Positions 1 to 10,402 of a stretch of DNA of 42,641 nucleotides are shown piece after piece. This DNA is from Bdellovibrionales bacterium (GTDB taxonomy: Bacteria; Bdellovibrionota; Bdellovibrionia; Bdellovibrionales; JAMPXM01). Under the pieces are notes generated by a model that worked only from the letters and a program-made list of their open reading frames with translations, was not told the origin of the DNA and made no database searches. The stretch is from positions 1 to 42,641 of the forward strand of contig JAYUEN010000234.1 of NCBI GenBank assembly GCA_043739185.1, read 5' to 3'. Positions within the stretch are counted from its first letter, which is position 1. Every line of letters begins with the position of its first letter. The translations under genes were made by a program, and so were the position numbers.

Positions 1-2770
1 GGAGAATAAGTCCAATCATGCTAAATAAGCTTAAGGATTGGTGAGCCAAATATAATGCCACCAAGGCTCCCGAGATACTAAAAGGCAAGGCCATCAAAAT
101 GGTGACAGGATGTATGAAACTATTGAACTGCGACGCCAAGACCATATAGGCAACCGCGACTCCCAATATGAGGGCAAAAATCAATCCGTCAAATGCTTCT
201 TGAAAAGCATTTCCACTTCCCATGATTCGGACGTAATAGCCCGCAGGCAGATTTGCTTTGCCAATTTTCACCACCGCATCGAGTGCATCTTGCTGCGATT
301 TGCCGCTTGCCACATTTGCAAAAACCGGAACTGCGCGCATACGATTGTATCTTGAGATGAGCTGAGGAGCTTCGACCGTTTTGATTTCGGCAATTTCTTT
401 TAGCAAAACCATTTCAGAATGGTTGTTGCGAATTCTTAAATTCCCAATATCGTCTGGATTGGCATGTTGGTTTGGAAGTGAACGCACTCGGATATAATAA
501 CGATGATCCTCTTTGGGATACTCGGTATTGGCGCTAAAAATTTGGCCGCCAATCATATACTCTACTTCTTGCGAAATAGCGCTGATGCTCACTCCACGTT
601 CGGCTGCTTTATTACGATTAGGGGTCACCAGAATTTCGGGCATTCCGGCTTGGTAGTCTTTATTTAAATCTTCGACCAATCCGGTTTGACTCAATTTGCT
701 CAAGATATTTTCAGAATATTCTTTTAATTTTTCCCAATTAGGCCCTTCGACAACAAACTCAATCGGAAAACCCCGAGAGGCGCTAAATCCGGTGAGCGAA
801 AGATCTTGTCCAAAGACTTCTGTGTCAGCAGGCAAAAGCTTTTTCAAATCAGCTTTGGTTCTATCCATCACTTCCCGCTGCGAAGTTTTTCTCTCTTTTG
901 TTTCTTTTAAAATGATATAAATCGTACCTGCATTCACCACATTATTGTGTTCGTAATTGCCAATACTGGTGTAGATATCTTGAATATCATTTTTGGATTT
1001 CAAATAGACTTCGGCTTTTTTAAAAATTTCGTCAGTTGCATGAATCGAACTTCCCACTGGAGTTTTGATATTGAGTAAAAAAAGCGATTGGTCCTGCGGA
1101 GGAATAAGTTCTTTTCTTAGTGTCGAAACAAAGATCAAGGATACGACAAAAATTGCAAGCGAAAACCCAAGCACTCCCCAACGATTTTTGAGCGCCCAGG
1201 ATAAACTCGATTTATACTTTGCAGCCAAAGTCTCCATAAAGTGGTCCATCTTGGCCATCAACCAAGTTGGATTCTCCTTTGCCGAATGCATAAACCGAGC
1301 ACATCTCATCGGCGTTAAAGTTAAAGCTTCGAGCAGAGACAAGAAGACCGCAACCGTTACCGTAATTCCGTATTGATAAAAGAAACTCCCGACCACACCC
1401 TTCATAAATACCACTGGTAAAAAGATCGCAGCAATTGCAAGTGTTGTCGCAAAGGCCGCAAAGGTGATTTCATTGGAACCCTCGATCGCAGCTTTTCTGC
1501 GGTCTTTGCCCATTTCGTGATGACGAACGATATTTTCAAGCATCATAATCGCATCATCAACCACAATTCCGATCGCAAGACTGAGGCCCAACAAAGTAAA
1601 GCTATTGAGTGTGAAACCTAAAAAATACAGTGCAATGAAAGCTCCGACTACTGAAGTGGGAATCGCGAGAAGCACGTTGAAAGTCGCAGACCAACTCCCC
1701 AGAAAAAGGAAACATACAACCGAAGTTAAGAGTGCGGCCACGAGCAAGGTCATATTGAGCTCATCAACCGACTCTTGAATGAATTTTGTCGAATCCATTT
1801 GAACATCCAAATGAAAGCCAGTGCGCAAGCTTGGGCGAAGCATGGCTACCTTTTGACGAATCAATTTTCCGACGGCAACAGCATTAGAGCCATGTTGCTT
1901 AACAATTCCCAATCCAACAGCATTGACGCCATTAAATCTTGAAATCGCACGAATGTCTGAAAGGCCCTCTTCAATGTTCGAGACTTGGGAAAGTGTTGTG
2001 GGTCGATAATTGATCGCACCACCCCGACTTTCAATGCGAATTTTCGAAAAATCTTCTGGTGATTTTGTTTCACCAAGAACTCGAACATTGAGCTCATTTA
2101 AAGGCGCTTCGATTCGTCCTGCCGGTTGCTCGGTTTGTTCACTTTGAATGGCCGTCCAAATATCAGATGAGGTGAGCTCAAGTGGATAAAGTTTTTTTGC
2201 ATCCAACCAAACTCTTAGGTTCGGATCAACATAGCCAGCCAAAGCAACACTTCCAACGCCGTCAATAGTTGAAAATTGATCCTTTAAAGTATTTCGCGCA
2301 TACATCATTTGATCTACTTGAGGCACGCTTGAATCCGCAGTCACCATGACCCACATAATCGGCTGATCCTCGGGATTGATTTTCGAAATGACGGGTGGAT
2401 ACATGGTCGTAGGCAATTGGTTATTAATCTGCAGGATTCGATTTTGCACTTCTTGCAGAGCCACATCGATATTGCGATTCATATTAAATTCGCAGGTAAT
2501 ATTGGCGCTGCCCTGGCTAATGCTTGAAGTAACACTCTTTAAGCCATCAATCCCCATCACCGCGTCTTCGATAATGTCGACGACATTCATCTCCATAACT
2601 TCAGGAGCGGCATTATCAAGTTGAAGTGCAATATTGACGATCGGAAAATTAACATCGGGCATTTGGCTAATGCCCATGCGAAAAAATGAAATCGCTCCAA
2701 AAACAATCAATCCAAACATGAGCATCCAAGCAAAGACTGGACGTCGAATTGCGACTTCAGAAATACTCAT
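1..2770 (-). CDS. RND efflux transporter permease (AcrB/AcrD/AcrF family), 3' end runs off the window
   Basis: Not in the ORF track because there is no stop in the window. Manual translation from ATG 2770 gives MSISEVAIRRPVFAWMLMFGLIVFG...QMPDVNFP. The TM4 motif LAIGIVVDDAIMMLENI (~1560) and the segment YMVLASQFNSFIHPVTILMALPFS (~130) are in the same frame. Confidence 0.95.
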   Translation of the reverse strand, partial: MSISEVAIRRPVFAWMLMFGLIVFGAISFFRMGISQMPDVNFPIVNIALQLDNAAPEVMEMNVVDIIEDAVMGIDGLKSVTSSISQGSANITCEFNMNRNIDVALQEVQNRILQINNQLPTTMYPPVISKINPEDQPIMWVMVTADSSVPQVDQMMYARNTLKDQFSTIDGVGSVALAGYVDPNLRVWLDAKKLYPLELTSSDIWTAIQSEQTEQPAGRIEAPLNELNVRVLGETKSPEDFSKIRIESRGGAINYRPTTLSQVSNIEEGLSDIRAISRFNGVNAVGLGIVKQHGSNAVAVGKLIRQKVAMLRPSLRTGFHLDVQMDSTKFIQESVDELNMTLLVAALLTSVVCFLFLGSWSATFNVLLAIPTSVVGAFIALYFLGFTLNSFTLLGLSLAIGIVVDDAIMMLENIVRHHEMGKDRRKAAIEGSNEITFAAFATTLAIAAIFLPVVFMKGVVGSFFYQYGITVTVAVFLSLLEALTLTPMRCARFMHSAKENPTWLMAKMDHFMETLAAKYKSSLSWALKNRWGVLGFSLAIFVVSLIFVSTLRKELIPPQDQSLFLLNIKTPVGSSIHATDEIFKKAEVYLKSKNDIQDIYTSIGNYEHNNVVNAGTIYIILKETKERKTSQREVMDRTKADLKKLLPADTEVFGQDLSLTGFSASRGFPIEFVVEGPNWEKLKEYSENILSKLSQTGLVEDLNKDYQAGMPEILVTPNRNKAAERGVSISAISQEVEYMIGGQIFSANTEYPKEDHRYYIRVRSLPNQHANPDDIGNLRIRNNHSEMVLLKEIAEIKTVEAPQLISRYNRMRAVPVFANVASGKSQQDALDAVVKIGKANLPAGYYVRIMGSGNAFQEAFDGLIFALILGVAVAYMVLASQFNSFIHPVTILMALPFSISGALVALYLAHQSLSLFSMIGLIL

Positions 2771-3074
2771 GTCCGCTTTCCCCTTTTGCAATAAAGCTAT
2801 CGAAAATACCTTAAATTATTGTGGAATATTAAGCGACTATCAAGATATTTAGCCCGCTCTTTTGGCGCTCTCAAATGGCTGACTTAAAGCTTTAAATCTG
2901 TTTTTTCTAAAATTTAGCAAAGCTGTAGTTTTTTCAAATGGCACTAAAAAGAATTCAAAATCAGAAGTTTCCACACTTTTACAGGATTTCTCAAGATGCC
3001 TTTATACGCATTAAATTCAGTGCCTTATGTGATTTTTAAACGCACTCAAATTTGTCATATGTTGAACATTGTGA

Positions 3075-3091
3075 TAGGTACGCGCCTTGCA
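3075..3091 (+). promoter_or_regulatory. Putative sigma54 (-24/-12) promoter for the TolC-family gene
   Basis: TAGGTACGCGCCTTGCA has GG(3077-78)-N10-GC(3089-90) with TTGCA, close to the YTGGCACG-N4-TTGCW consensus. It lies 50 nt upstream of ATG 3141. Confidence 0.5.
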
Positions 3092-3140
3092 CAATGCTTT
3101 GTAATTGTCGTTTTTAAATTGAAAGTATGGAGCCATTGCT

Positions 3141-4517
3141 ATGAATAAATCACCTTTAAACCAAGTTTCAAACCAGCAGCGTCTCGCCATCAGCATGATA
3201 CTTGTTTTTACATTTGGTCTCGATACTTTTGCTGAGAAGACCACAGTTTATTTGAGCAAGCCAAAAGCGGATGCATTCACACTTGAAATGGCCAAACAAC
3301 AAGCACTCGATGGCGGCGAAACGACTGTTCAAATTGCTCGAGAACAAATTGAAGAATCCAAAGGAAGTTTAGAGGCCGCTCAAGGTTTAAGAAAACCAAC
3401 GCTCAACGCAAGTGTTGGAATGGGTGTCATGAACAAAATGGGCGATACCACTGGAGCATTTGGTAGCCACAATATTGGTATTTCGTTTCCATTTTTAAAT
3501 AACTCAATTACCACCAGTATCAATAGCGCAAAAAATACGGAGCTCGCACGTGAGCAACTTTATTTGGCGCAACTCAATCAAGCGATGTTGGCTGTAACAA
3601 TTGATTATTACAATACTGTAAAAGCAAACAAAGATGTTGTTGTCGCAAGTAAGCTGGTTGAAGCTTCTCAAGCCTATTACAATAGCGAATTGAATAAGAT
3701 GAAATCTGGCATTGGATCAAAAATTGATATGCTCACAGCTAAAGTTCAACTTGATAATGCCAAGATCTCTTTTACCAATGCGCAAGCGAGCGCGGCTCTC
3801 ACTTGCACCAGTCTCATTACGCTTATTAACAATGAAGATCTCGGTGTTTGTGCGAGACTTGTTGAGCCCGTTGTTCCCAGTCGCTTTAATGTCAATACAA
3901 CATCAGCACTGAACAGAGCCCTGAACAGTCGCCCTGAAGTGATGGCAAATCAAGATCTCATTGCCGCCGCACGCGACCAACGCGCAGGCATCGGAGGCTG
4001 GAAGAACCACGTTTCAGGCTCATTCGGCGTTTCGAATAGCTCAGCAAATCCCTCTGGCATTCCCGGCATCGTGCCCCTTCACAACGGCAGCATAAATACC
4101 GTCGGTGCGACCATCACTCTCACTTGGGGCGGATCAGATCAAGGCAATATCAAAGCAGCCAATTCAAGAATTGATCAGGCGACAACCATGCTCACCGATG
4201 CACAAAAAAATATTCGTAGAGATGTTCTCAATGCGCAGACCATTCTTGCACAAGCTTATGCCAATAAGTCGAATGCTCAGATGGCCTTTGATGATGCCTC
4301 TAGCCTTATTCAAACCTATCAGGGACAGGTTAAATCAGGAATCAACATCATGGATTCAAACGCCTATGTTCAAGACCTGACCAAATATCAACAGGCGCAA
4401 CAAGCTTTGTTCGAAGCTGATTGCAATGTTGCAGAGGCAATTGCGCAACTTCAAGCTGCAGTAGGCGCTCCAGCTTCGATGAATATATTTGAATTCTTAG
4501 TCAGTGGCCTCCTTTAA
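3141..4517 (+). CDS. TolC-family outer-membrane efflux protein
   Basis: 458 aa with a signal-like N-terminus and two OEP-type repeats (FTLEMAKQQAL...KPTLNASVG; ALNRALNSRPEV...VGATITLTW). Ala/Gln-rich long helices; GGAG RBS; divergent from the RND gene. Confidence 0.88.
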   Translation: MNKSPLNQVSNQQRLAISMILVFTFGLDTFAEKTTVYLSKPKADAFTLEMAKQQALDGGETTVQIAREQIEESKGSLEAAQGLRKPTLNASVGMGVMNKMGDTTGAFGSHNIGISFPFLNNSITTSINSAKNTELAREQLYLAQLNQAMLAVTIDYYNTVKANKDVVVASKLVEASQAYYNSELNKMKSGIGSKIDMLTAKVQLDNAKISFTNAQASAALTCTSLITLINNEDLGVCARLVEPVVPSRFNVNTTSALNRALNSRPEVMANQDLIAAARDQRAGIGGWKNHVSGSFGVSNSSANPSGIPGIVPLHNGSINTVGATITLTWGGSDQGNIKAANSRIDQATTMLTDAQKNIRRDVLNAQTILAQAYANKSNAQMAFDDASSLIQTYQGQVKSGINIMDSNAYVQDLTKYQQAQQALFEADCNVAEAIAQLQAAVGAPASMNIFEFLVSGLL

Positions 4518-4518
4518 G

Positions 4519-4543
4519 GTGCCTGCTAACATTTCGTAATTCA
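4519..4543 (+). repeat. Dispersed 25-bp repeat, copy 1
   Basis: GTGCCTGCTAACATTTCGTAATTCA, 23/25 identical to 34793-34817. Both copies begin 1-2 nt after a TAA stop codon. Confidence 0.7.
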
Positions 4544-4574
4544 AAGCATTAAGCATGCGGAAGCTTGATCTTTT

Positions 4575-5909
4575 TTAAAGCCTCATTTGGAGTGACAACG
4601 TGATGCGATCTTCGAATTTGACTAGATCAGGACTCCATCCATTGATGCCTGAACCAGCTGTCCCTTGATTGCCTCCTGGTGGAGTAACTCCTCCCGGTCC
4701 TGAAAAATAAGGGACATCGGCAATACGATGATTGTATTCAAGCAACCACTTCACCCATTGGTCAGGCATATAATCGAGTGTTAGTGAAGCATCCCAAGCA
4801 TGAAATGTATCGCCTGCATTTTGTGTAAAATAAGTTGTCCCGCTTGAGGCCGTAGCGCCATTGATTGGTGGGAGCAAAACCAAATAGCGGCCGGGATTGG
4901 TGATGGCACCTCCGCCAAGGGTGAGGCCGAAAGTATCTTTTTCAAACCAAAAACGATTGTAAAACATAAATCCCAAAAAATACTGACTTGGAACTCCGTC
5001 TTTGCCACTCACACAAGTGACTCCGCCGCCGCTCTCACAGCCAAAATCAATGGTTAACGAAAAGGCCCCCTTGTCGAGAAAACTCTTGGGGTCATCTAAA
5101 TATTTTACTTCAATGCTATTGTCGGTATGAAAGCGCATGCGGTCTGAATTGCCGGGCGTATCATAGCCAATATAATCATTTGATAACATCGAAAGACTTC
5201 CGGTGGGCCGATATAAAATTTGTGTACCGATGCCGGGAGCCTCATTGAACATACCGTAAGATTGCCATCCATTGACTAACCACAATTCTATTTTAAAACG
5301 ATCCGTCGGAAACGTTTGAAGCCTGAGGCCATTGAAAAACCACGGCGTATTGGCAGAGACATAAGAAGGTTGATAGGCCCAATTTTCATTATTATAATAG
5401 CTAAACAAACCAACATAAGACATAAAAATTCCGGCATCGAGATTGATACCATTCATTTTGTCCCAATGGTAGCCGCCGTATGCTTCTGAAAGATACTGAT
5501 AGGCATTGTTCATCTGCCATTGTCCGCGAGAAGTGCTTGAATCATTTCTTGGAGTTGCTTGAGAATACATTCCAAACTGAGTCATGATTCGACCACGAGC
5601 ATGACCGACATGAAAATCTCCTCCAATCCCGAGTTGCTGCAATTGAAATTCAGAACTACGCCCGATTTCACAGGAGCCATCAATTGTATGATCTTTGGGG
5701 TGATTGAAGTCGGCCACATAATTAATATCGGCCATAAATTGCCCAGTAAAATATTTGCTATCGAGAACTGAGTCTTTCAGTCGAGAGTTGCCATTGAGCC
5801 AAGTGAAGTCCGCAAATGCAAAAGGCTCTATAGTTTTTTGCTCTTCGGCCCATGCTGAAATTCCTAAAAACAACTGAATTACAAAATAAATCCTAATGCC
5901 AATACTCAT
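4575..5909 (-). CDS. Outer-membrane beta-barrel protein (putative porin, BBP2/OmpL-like)
   Basis: Signal peptide (..GISAWA-EE), aromatic/Gly-rich amphipathic strands, motifs LDAGIFMSYVG and NGWQS, and a terminal strand ITLSLQMRL. Confidence 0.75.
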   Translation of the reverse strand: MSIGIRIYFVIQLFLGISAWAEEQKTIEPFAFADFTWLNGNSRLKDSVLDSKYFTGQFMADINYVADFNHPKDHTIDGSCEIGRSSEFQLQQLGIGGDFHVGHARGRIMTQFGMYSQATPRNDSSTSRGQWQMNNAYQYLSEAYGGYHWDKMNGINLDAGIFMSYVGLFSYYNNENWAYQPSYVSANTPWFFNGLRLQTFPTDRFKIELWLVNGWQSYGMFNEAPGIGTQILYRPTGSLSMLSNDYIGYDTPGNSDRMRFHTDNSIEVKYLDDPKSFLDKGAFSLTIDFGCESGGGVTCVSGKDGVPSQYFLGFMFYNRFWFEKDTFGLTLGGGAITNPGRYLVLLPPINGATASSGTTYFTQNAGDTFHAWDASLTLDYMPDQWVKWLLEYNHRIADVPYFSGPGGVTPPGGNQGTAGSGINGWSPDLVKFEDRITLSLQMRL

Positions 5910-6002
5910 AAGGAATCCCTCCCGAGGGGGACAGCTGTATACCTGTCATTCTGTGCGGACAAGAAAATTTGAGTTGAGAATTCATTTTCATGTTATGCTT
6001 GC

Positions 6003-6455
6003 TTGAGAATGCTTCATCTTATTTTCATTGTTTATGTGATTAGTTTTTTAATTTCGGCGAGCCTAAGTTTGCATCACATTTTGACGCTCAAGCGTTTTTT
6101 TAAAAGTTCAGCCTACCTCAATTTGAATGCAAACCTTTCTAATCTCGGTTTATTTTGGTCTGAATCAAAATCTGAAATCTTAAATATTCAAAGTGAATCT
6201 GTAGCTCTTGACCAAAAAGAAGCAATTAATTCGTTCTTAAGACTTGCCGCTGTCGCCTGCTTCACAAGCATGATCGGCTGCGTCTTTCTGCTAATTTTCA
6301 TTTTTTCACTGCGCGTTTTGGCAAAGTCCCGATTAGAAAAGAGAATATTGAACTGCAAACTTACGCAGCAAAAAAAATTAGAATTTACTGAAGTAAAAAA
6401 TATTGTGCTGGGGCTGCAAGCAGAATTTTCCCTAGATAGCTTTCAATTGAAATGA
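6003..6455 (+). CDS. Hypothetical membrane protein with two predicted TM helices (ATG 6009 is an alternative start)
   Basis: 150-aa ORF fills the intergenic gap; hydrophobic stretches near aa 4-27 and 82-104. Confidence 0.6.
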   Translation: MRMLHLIFIVYVISFLISASLSLHHILTLKRFFKSSAYLNLNANLSNLGLFWSESKSEILNIQSESVALDQKEAINSFLRLAAVACFTSMIGCVFLLIFIFSLRVLAKSRLEKRILNCKLTQQKKLEFTEVKNIVLGLQAEFSLDSFQLK

Positions 6456-6617
6456 AGTTTTTTATCTTAGGCTTTTGTTAATTCTATCTATCAATTAAAC
6501 TTATAATGCCAGGTTTTTACTCTGAACACACAAAGCCCTGACAATTTTTATATTGCTCTTTGGGCCCCGCTCAACATACTTTGGGCCCGAAACTAACTTT
6601 TCGTGGGGGGAAAAGAC

Positions 6618-7148
6618 ATGAAGTCAAATGCGTTTATCGGAATAGTATTATTCGTCCTTAGCATAATGAGTTTTGGCCAAACAAGTTTGGGCGCCAATGT
6701 TGTTTCTGGATCGGTTGAAACTTGCTTCTCACCGACCGAGAGGTGTGACTTAAAGCTAATTGCCCTCTTGCAAACCTCAACGAAAACACTCGATATTGCA
6801 ATTTATGCAATTACTCATCCCCATATCGTGGCGGCTATCGTGGCGGCAAAAACGCGCGGAGTACAAGTTCGCATGGTTGTGGACCGTCAACAGTCGACCG
6901 GAACTTCTTCACTGGTTTCTCAACTTAGAGCTGCTGGAATCAATTTACGAATTGGCAATGAGCAAGGCATTATGCACGACAAATACTCGATTGTAGATCG
7001 CCGTACACTTGAGGCTGGGTCTTTTAACTATACCAATAATGCAACTCTTATGAATGCTGAAAACCAGATCTATTTAAACGATCCGACTACGGTTGCAAAA
7101 TACGAAGCGAATTTTACACTTTTGTGGAATAATTCAACGGCAAACTGA
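6618..7148 (+). CDS. Secreted phospholipase D-family (Nuc-like) endonuclease
   Basis: ATG 6618 follows a G-rich RBS. Signal peptide, FSP motif, LDIAIY, and a single HKD motif MHDKYSIVD...GSFNYT...NAEN. Confidence 0.88.
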   Translation: MKSNAFIGIVLFVLSIMSFGQTSLGANVVSGSVETCFSPTERCDLKLIALLQTSTKTLDIAIYAITHPHIVAAIVAAKTRGVQVRMVVDRQQSTGTSSLVSQLRAAGINLRIGNEQGIMHDKYSIVDRRTLEAGSFNYTNNATLMNAENQIYLNDPTTVAKYEANFTLLWNNSTAN

Positions 7149-7166
7149 ACGCGGAAGTCCGAAACG

Positions 7167-7200
7167 AAAAACCGCAGACAGTTTCAGCTGCCTGCGGTTT
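7167..7200 (-). terminator. Rho-independent terminator of the pil operon (possibly bidirectional)
   Basis: Minus strand reads AAACCGCAGGCAG-CTGAAA-CTGTCTGCGGTTTTT: a stem with one G-U pair and a U tract, between the convergent pilR and nuclease genes. Confidence 0.75.
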
Positions 7201-7228
7201 AAATTCTTAGTTCAAATCATTCTCAATA

Positions 7229-8644
7229 TTAATTCTCGTCGTCCGTATCGCCCTCATCATCCGGAATACCCAGGCTAAATTTCTCAACCCGGTAGCGCAT
7301 AGACCTAAAAGTAATTCCCAATAATTTCGCGGCTCGTTTTTTAGTTCCGCCGGCGGCATGTATGGCTTTTATGAGAAGTTCTTTTTCAATTTGATCTAAT
7401 ACCTTTTGCAAATCGATGCCCTCTTCTGCAGATATTTCGATGCCTTCACTTGATGCCATCTTACGACCCGATGGAGTATTCACAAAAGGCGGCAAACTCT
7501 CTGGAAGAACCGTTGCGCCCGCTTCGAGAGCAACCGTGCGCTCGATTATATTCTCAAGTTCACGTACGTTACCTGGGTAGTCGTATTTTTTTAGAAGATC
7601 CATTGCCTCACGACTAATGGTCGCAATATTTTTTGTGAGCTTCGAATTGTACTTCGTTAAAAAGTGATTGGCGAGCAATGCGATATCATCGCGACGTTCG
7701 CGCAAACTTGGCGTGCGAATATTAATAACGTTGAGACGATAAAATAAATCTTGGCGAAAGGAACCATCGGCAACCATATCCTCAAGGTTTCGATTGGTGG
7801 CAGCGATGATGCGTACATCGACATGCGAATCATCTGTCGCGCCCACACGTCTGATCACACGCTCTTGAATGGCTCTTAAAAGTTTGACCTGAATGCTCAA
7901 GGGCAATTCACCTACTTCATCTAAAAAGAGCGAGCCCCCGTCAGCGACTTCAAAAAGTCCGGGCTTATCGACGATTGCCCCCGTAAAAGATCCTTTTTTA
8001 TGACCAAACATTTCGGATTCCATTAAATTTTCAGGAATGGCTCCGCAATTGATCGTGACAAAGGCCTTGTCTTTCAAAGGTCCGTTGTAATGAATCGCCT
8101 TTGCTACCATTTCTTTTCCGGTTCCACTTTCACCCGTGATGAGAACATTTGTTGGTGAATCACTGACCCGCTTTACTAAAGAGTATATTTTGTGCATGGC
8201 CTCGGAGTTTCCGACGAGGTTTTGAAAGCTATATTCTTTTTCAAGTTCTTTTTTAAGAGTGCGATTTTCGACTTCGAGGTTTTTACTTCTTAAAGCGTTT
8301 GCAATATTGATTCGTACTTCATCAATTTTAAAAGGCTTAGTAATATAATCGTAAGCGCCCATCTTCATGGCTTCGACCGCGCTCTCAGTTGTTCCGAATG
8401 CGGTGATCATCATAAAAATCAATTCTGGATAGGCTTCACGAACATGTTTCAAAAGTTCAATGCCGGTCATATTTGGCATTTGAAGATCTGAAATCACCAT
8501 ATCAAAAGTTTTTTTCTTGAGAATGTCTGCGGCTTGTTTACCATCCTCAACGCAAGTCACCTCGTAACCTTCTTTGCGTAACATGATATCTAGAAATTCG
8601 CGGATTGATTCTTCATCATCGGTGACTAAAATTCTGGGCTTCAT
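7229..8644 (-). CDS. pilR: Sigma54-dependent response regulator PilR
   Basis: REC domain (DD, DLQMP, KPF), AAA+ domain (GESGTGKE, GSFTGA, LFLDEVGE, PGNVREL) and Fis HTH. Follows pilS. ATG 8644 fits the GGGAG RBS; the track uses TTG 8647. Confidence 0.9.
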   Translation of the reverse strand: MKPRILVTDDEESIREFLDIMLRKEGYEVTCVEDGKQAADILKKKTFDMVISDLQMPNMTGIELLKHVREAYPELIFMMITAFGTTESAVEAMKMGAYDYITKPFKIDEVRINIANALRSKNLEVENRTLKKELEKEYSFQNLVGNSEAMHKIYSLVKRVSDSPTNVLITGESGTGKEMVAKAIHYNGPLKDKAFVTINCGAIPENLMESEMFGHKKGSFTGAIVDKPGLFEVADGGSLFLDEVGELPLSIQVKLLRAIQERVIRRVGATDDSHVDVRIIAATNRNLEDMVADGSFRQDLFYRLNVINIRTPSLRERRDDIALLANHFLTKYNSKLTKNIATISREAMDLLKKYDYPGNVRELENIIERTVALEAGATVLPESLPPFVNTPSGRKMASSEGIEISAEEGIDLQKVLDQIEKELLIKAIHAAGGTKKRAAKLLGITFRSMRYRVEKFSLGIPDDEGDTDDEN

Positions 8645-8686
8645 CAATTCTCCCTCGGTCGTTTCGCTAAATCGTTGTTTGGGGCT

Positions 8687-10402
8687 TTACTTCGCTTTTC
8701 GATTTTGAATTCCCCAGGTTAAATTGTCTTCTGGGATTTTTGTTTGTGCAAGAGGTAAATCATTGCGATGGTTTCTCTCTGGAAATTCAAGGATGAATTC
8801 GGTACCTACGCCCTTCTGACTCTCGACAAATATTTGAGCATTGTGTGCCTCTAAAATTTTATGCGTAACAGCTAGACCTAGGCCCGTACCTTTTGCTTTT
8901 GTGGTATGAAAGGGTTCAAAAATTTTCTTTAGCCTAGCTTCCTCGATGCCGACGCCATTGTCTGAAATTTTAACAATGACTTTCTTGTCGGCGTCAATGC
9001 AACTAACTGTCACTTTGGGTTGCGTTTGCTCAGTCACTGCTTGATGAGCATTGATAATGATATTAATAAGTGCTTGGCGCAACTTATCGCGGCTACCAGC
9101 AATTGATTTTTTAGAGGTCAAATTCAATTGGACCTCGGTGTCTTTTCGTAAGTTTTTATTTAGCTTATTCATTTCACATATATCTGTCAGTAAACCCGAA
9201 AGATTAACCGACTCATCGCTGACTTGATTGGGCTTCACATAATCGAGGAACTCAGTAATCATATTATTGAGTCGGTCAATTTCTCTTAGCACGATGCCCA
9301 TCAATTTTTTCTGTTCTGCCGGCGAAGTTTGACCGTCCTGACCTAGGAGCTCAATACTCCCACTTATGCTTGCCAATGGGTTTCGAATCTCGTGCGCAAT
9401 TCCTGCTGCCAATTGACCAACTGCCGCCAACTTTTCACTTTGTCTCATCGCAAACTCAAGTCGCCTGACCACTGTTAAGTCTTGAAATGAAAGCACATAG
9501 GAATTCGAAATTCCTTCGCTTTCAAAAAGAGGCGAGATGACAAATTCTAAATTTAATTTTTCGCGACTAATATTGGTGTAACCAAAATCGAACCTGGTGG
9601 CACGATCCTTCTTAAATTCAGCTTCGTTCTGAAGTATATAGCTACTCATCCCAGGCATGATTTTTTCAAGACTGTTGCCAACGAGTTCTTTTGAATCCAC
9701 TTCTAAAATTTTTAGTGCCGCGCGGTTGCACATGAGCACATTTAATTTTGCATCGACACTGATAAGCCCTGTCGCAATATTTTGAATGATTAAGTCATTC
9801 AAATTTTTAAGCGCTTTAAGATCTCGACCTCTGGCGACAAGTTCGGAGCCCATAAAATTAACTTGATCGCTTAAATATCCCGAAAGCAGGGCTACGGCAT
9901 AAAAGGCAAGATTATTTAGACCCACACTGAAAAATAAGGTTTGGCCTTTTAATTCAGGACCCACTACAATTAAAATATTAAATGCGATGCTTGTCGCCAG
10001 TGCCAAAATAAGCGCGCCTCTAGAGCGAAAGACGAATCCACATAAAATAATATTGACGAGATAAAGAAAGACAAAGATCGACTGGTTCGATCCGTTGTAA
10101 TAATTCAAACAAGTGATGAATACCGTATCGAACAAAAACAAGATTGCAGTTGCAAACCACTTCTTTAAAGCTTGATCAAAATAAAGTAAGTAAAGCGCAT
10201 TGAGAACAAATGCGGAGGCCAACATAATATATATTGGCACCATGACTTCAACATTTATGAATTCAGGTTGAAGAGTTCCAAACCCAACTAGAATTACGAG
10301 GATGGTCCATAAAAATGCTAAGCGAACCGCTTCAATAATAAGCATTTGATTTGCACTTTTAGTGAAATCAAAATTTTCGGTCCGCTCAGGCGTGGAGTTC
10401 AT
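8687..10402 (-). CDS. pilS: Membrane sensor histidine kinase PilS
   Basis: Multi-TM N-terminus, PAS domain, H-box AHEIRNPL, and HATPase motifs (DNGVG, GTGLGL). Lies between pilC and pilR. Confidence 0.88.
   Translation of the reverse strand: MNSTPERTENFDFTKSANQMLIIEAVRLAFLWTILVILVGFGTLQPEFINVEVMVPIYIMLASAFVLNALYLLYFDQALKKWFATAILFLFDTVFITCLNYYNGSNQSIFVFLYLVNIILCGFVFRSRGALILALATSIAFNILIVVGPELKGQTLFFSVGLNNLAFYAVALLSGYLSDQVNFMGSELVARGRDLKALKNLNDLIIQNIATGLISVDAKLNVLMCNRAALKILEVDSKELVGNSLEKIMPGMSSYILQNEAEFKKDRATRFDFGYTNISREKLNLEFVISPLFESEGISNSYVLSFQDLTVVRRLEFAMRQSEKLAAVGQLAAGIAHEIRNPLASISGSIELLGQDGQTSPAEQKKLMGIVLREIDRLNNMITEFLDYVKPNQVSDESVNLSGLLTDICEMNKLNKNLRKDTEVQLNLTSKKSIAGSRDKLRQALINIIINAHQAVTEQTQPKVTVSCIDADKKVIVKISDNGVGIEEARLKKIFEPFHTTKAKGTGLGLAVTHKILEAHNAQIFVESQKGVGTEFILEFPERNHRNDLPLAQTKIPEDNLTWGIQNRKAK

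Noticed and set aside
110..2852. Short track ORFs at 110, 696, 1065, 1861, 2376 and 2634
   Set aside because: They are shadows of the minus-strand RND gene, whose start, middle and end motifs are all in one frame.
2939..2956. TGGCAC as a second sigma54 site
   Set aside because: No GC at the -12 position.
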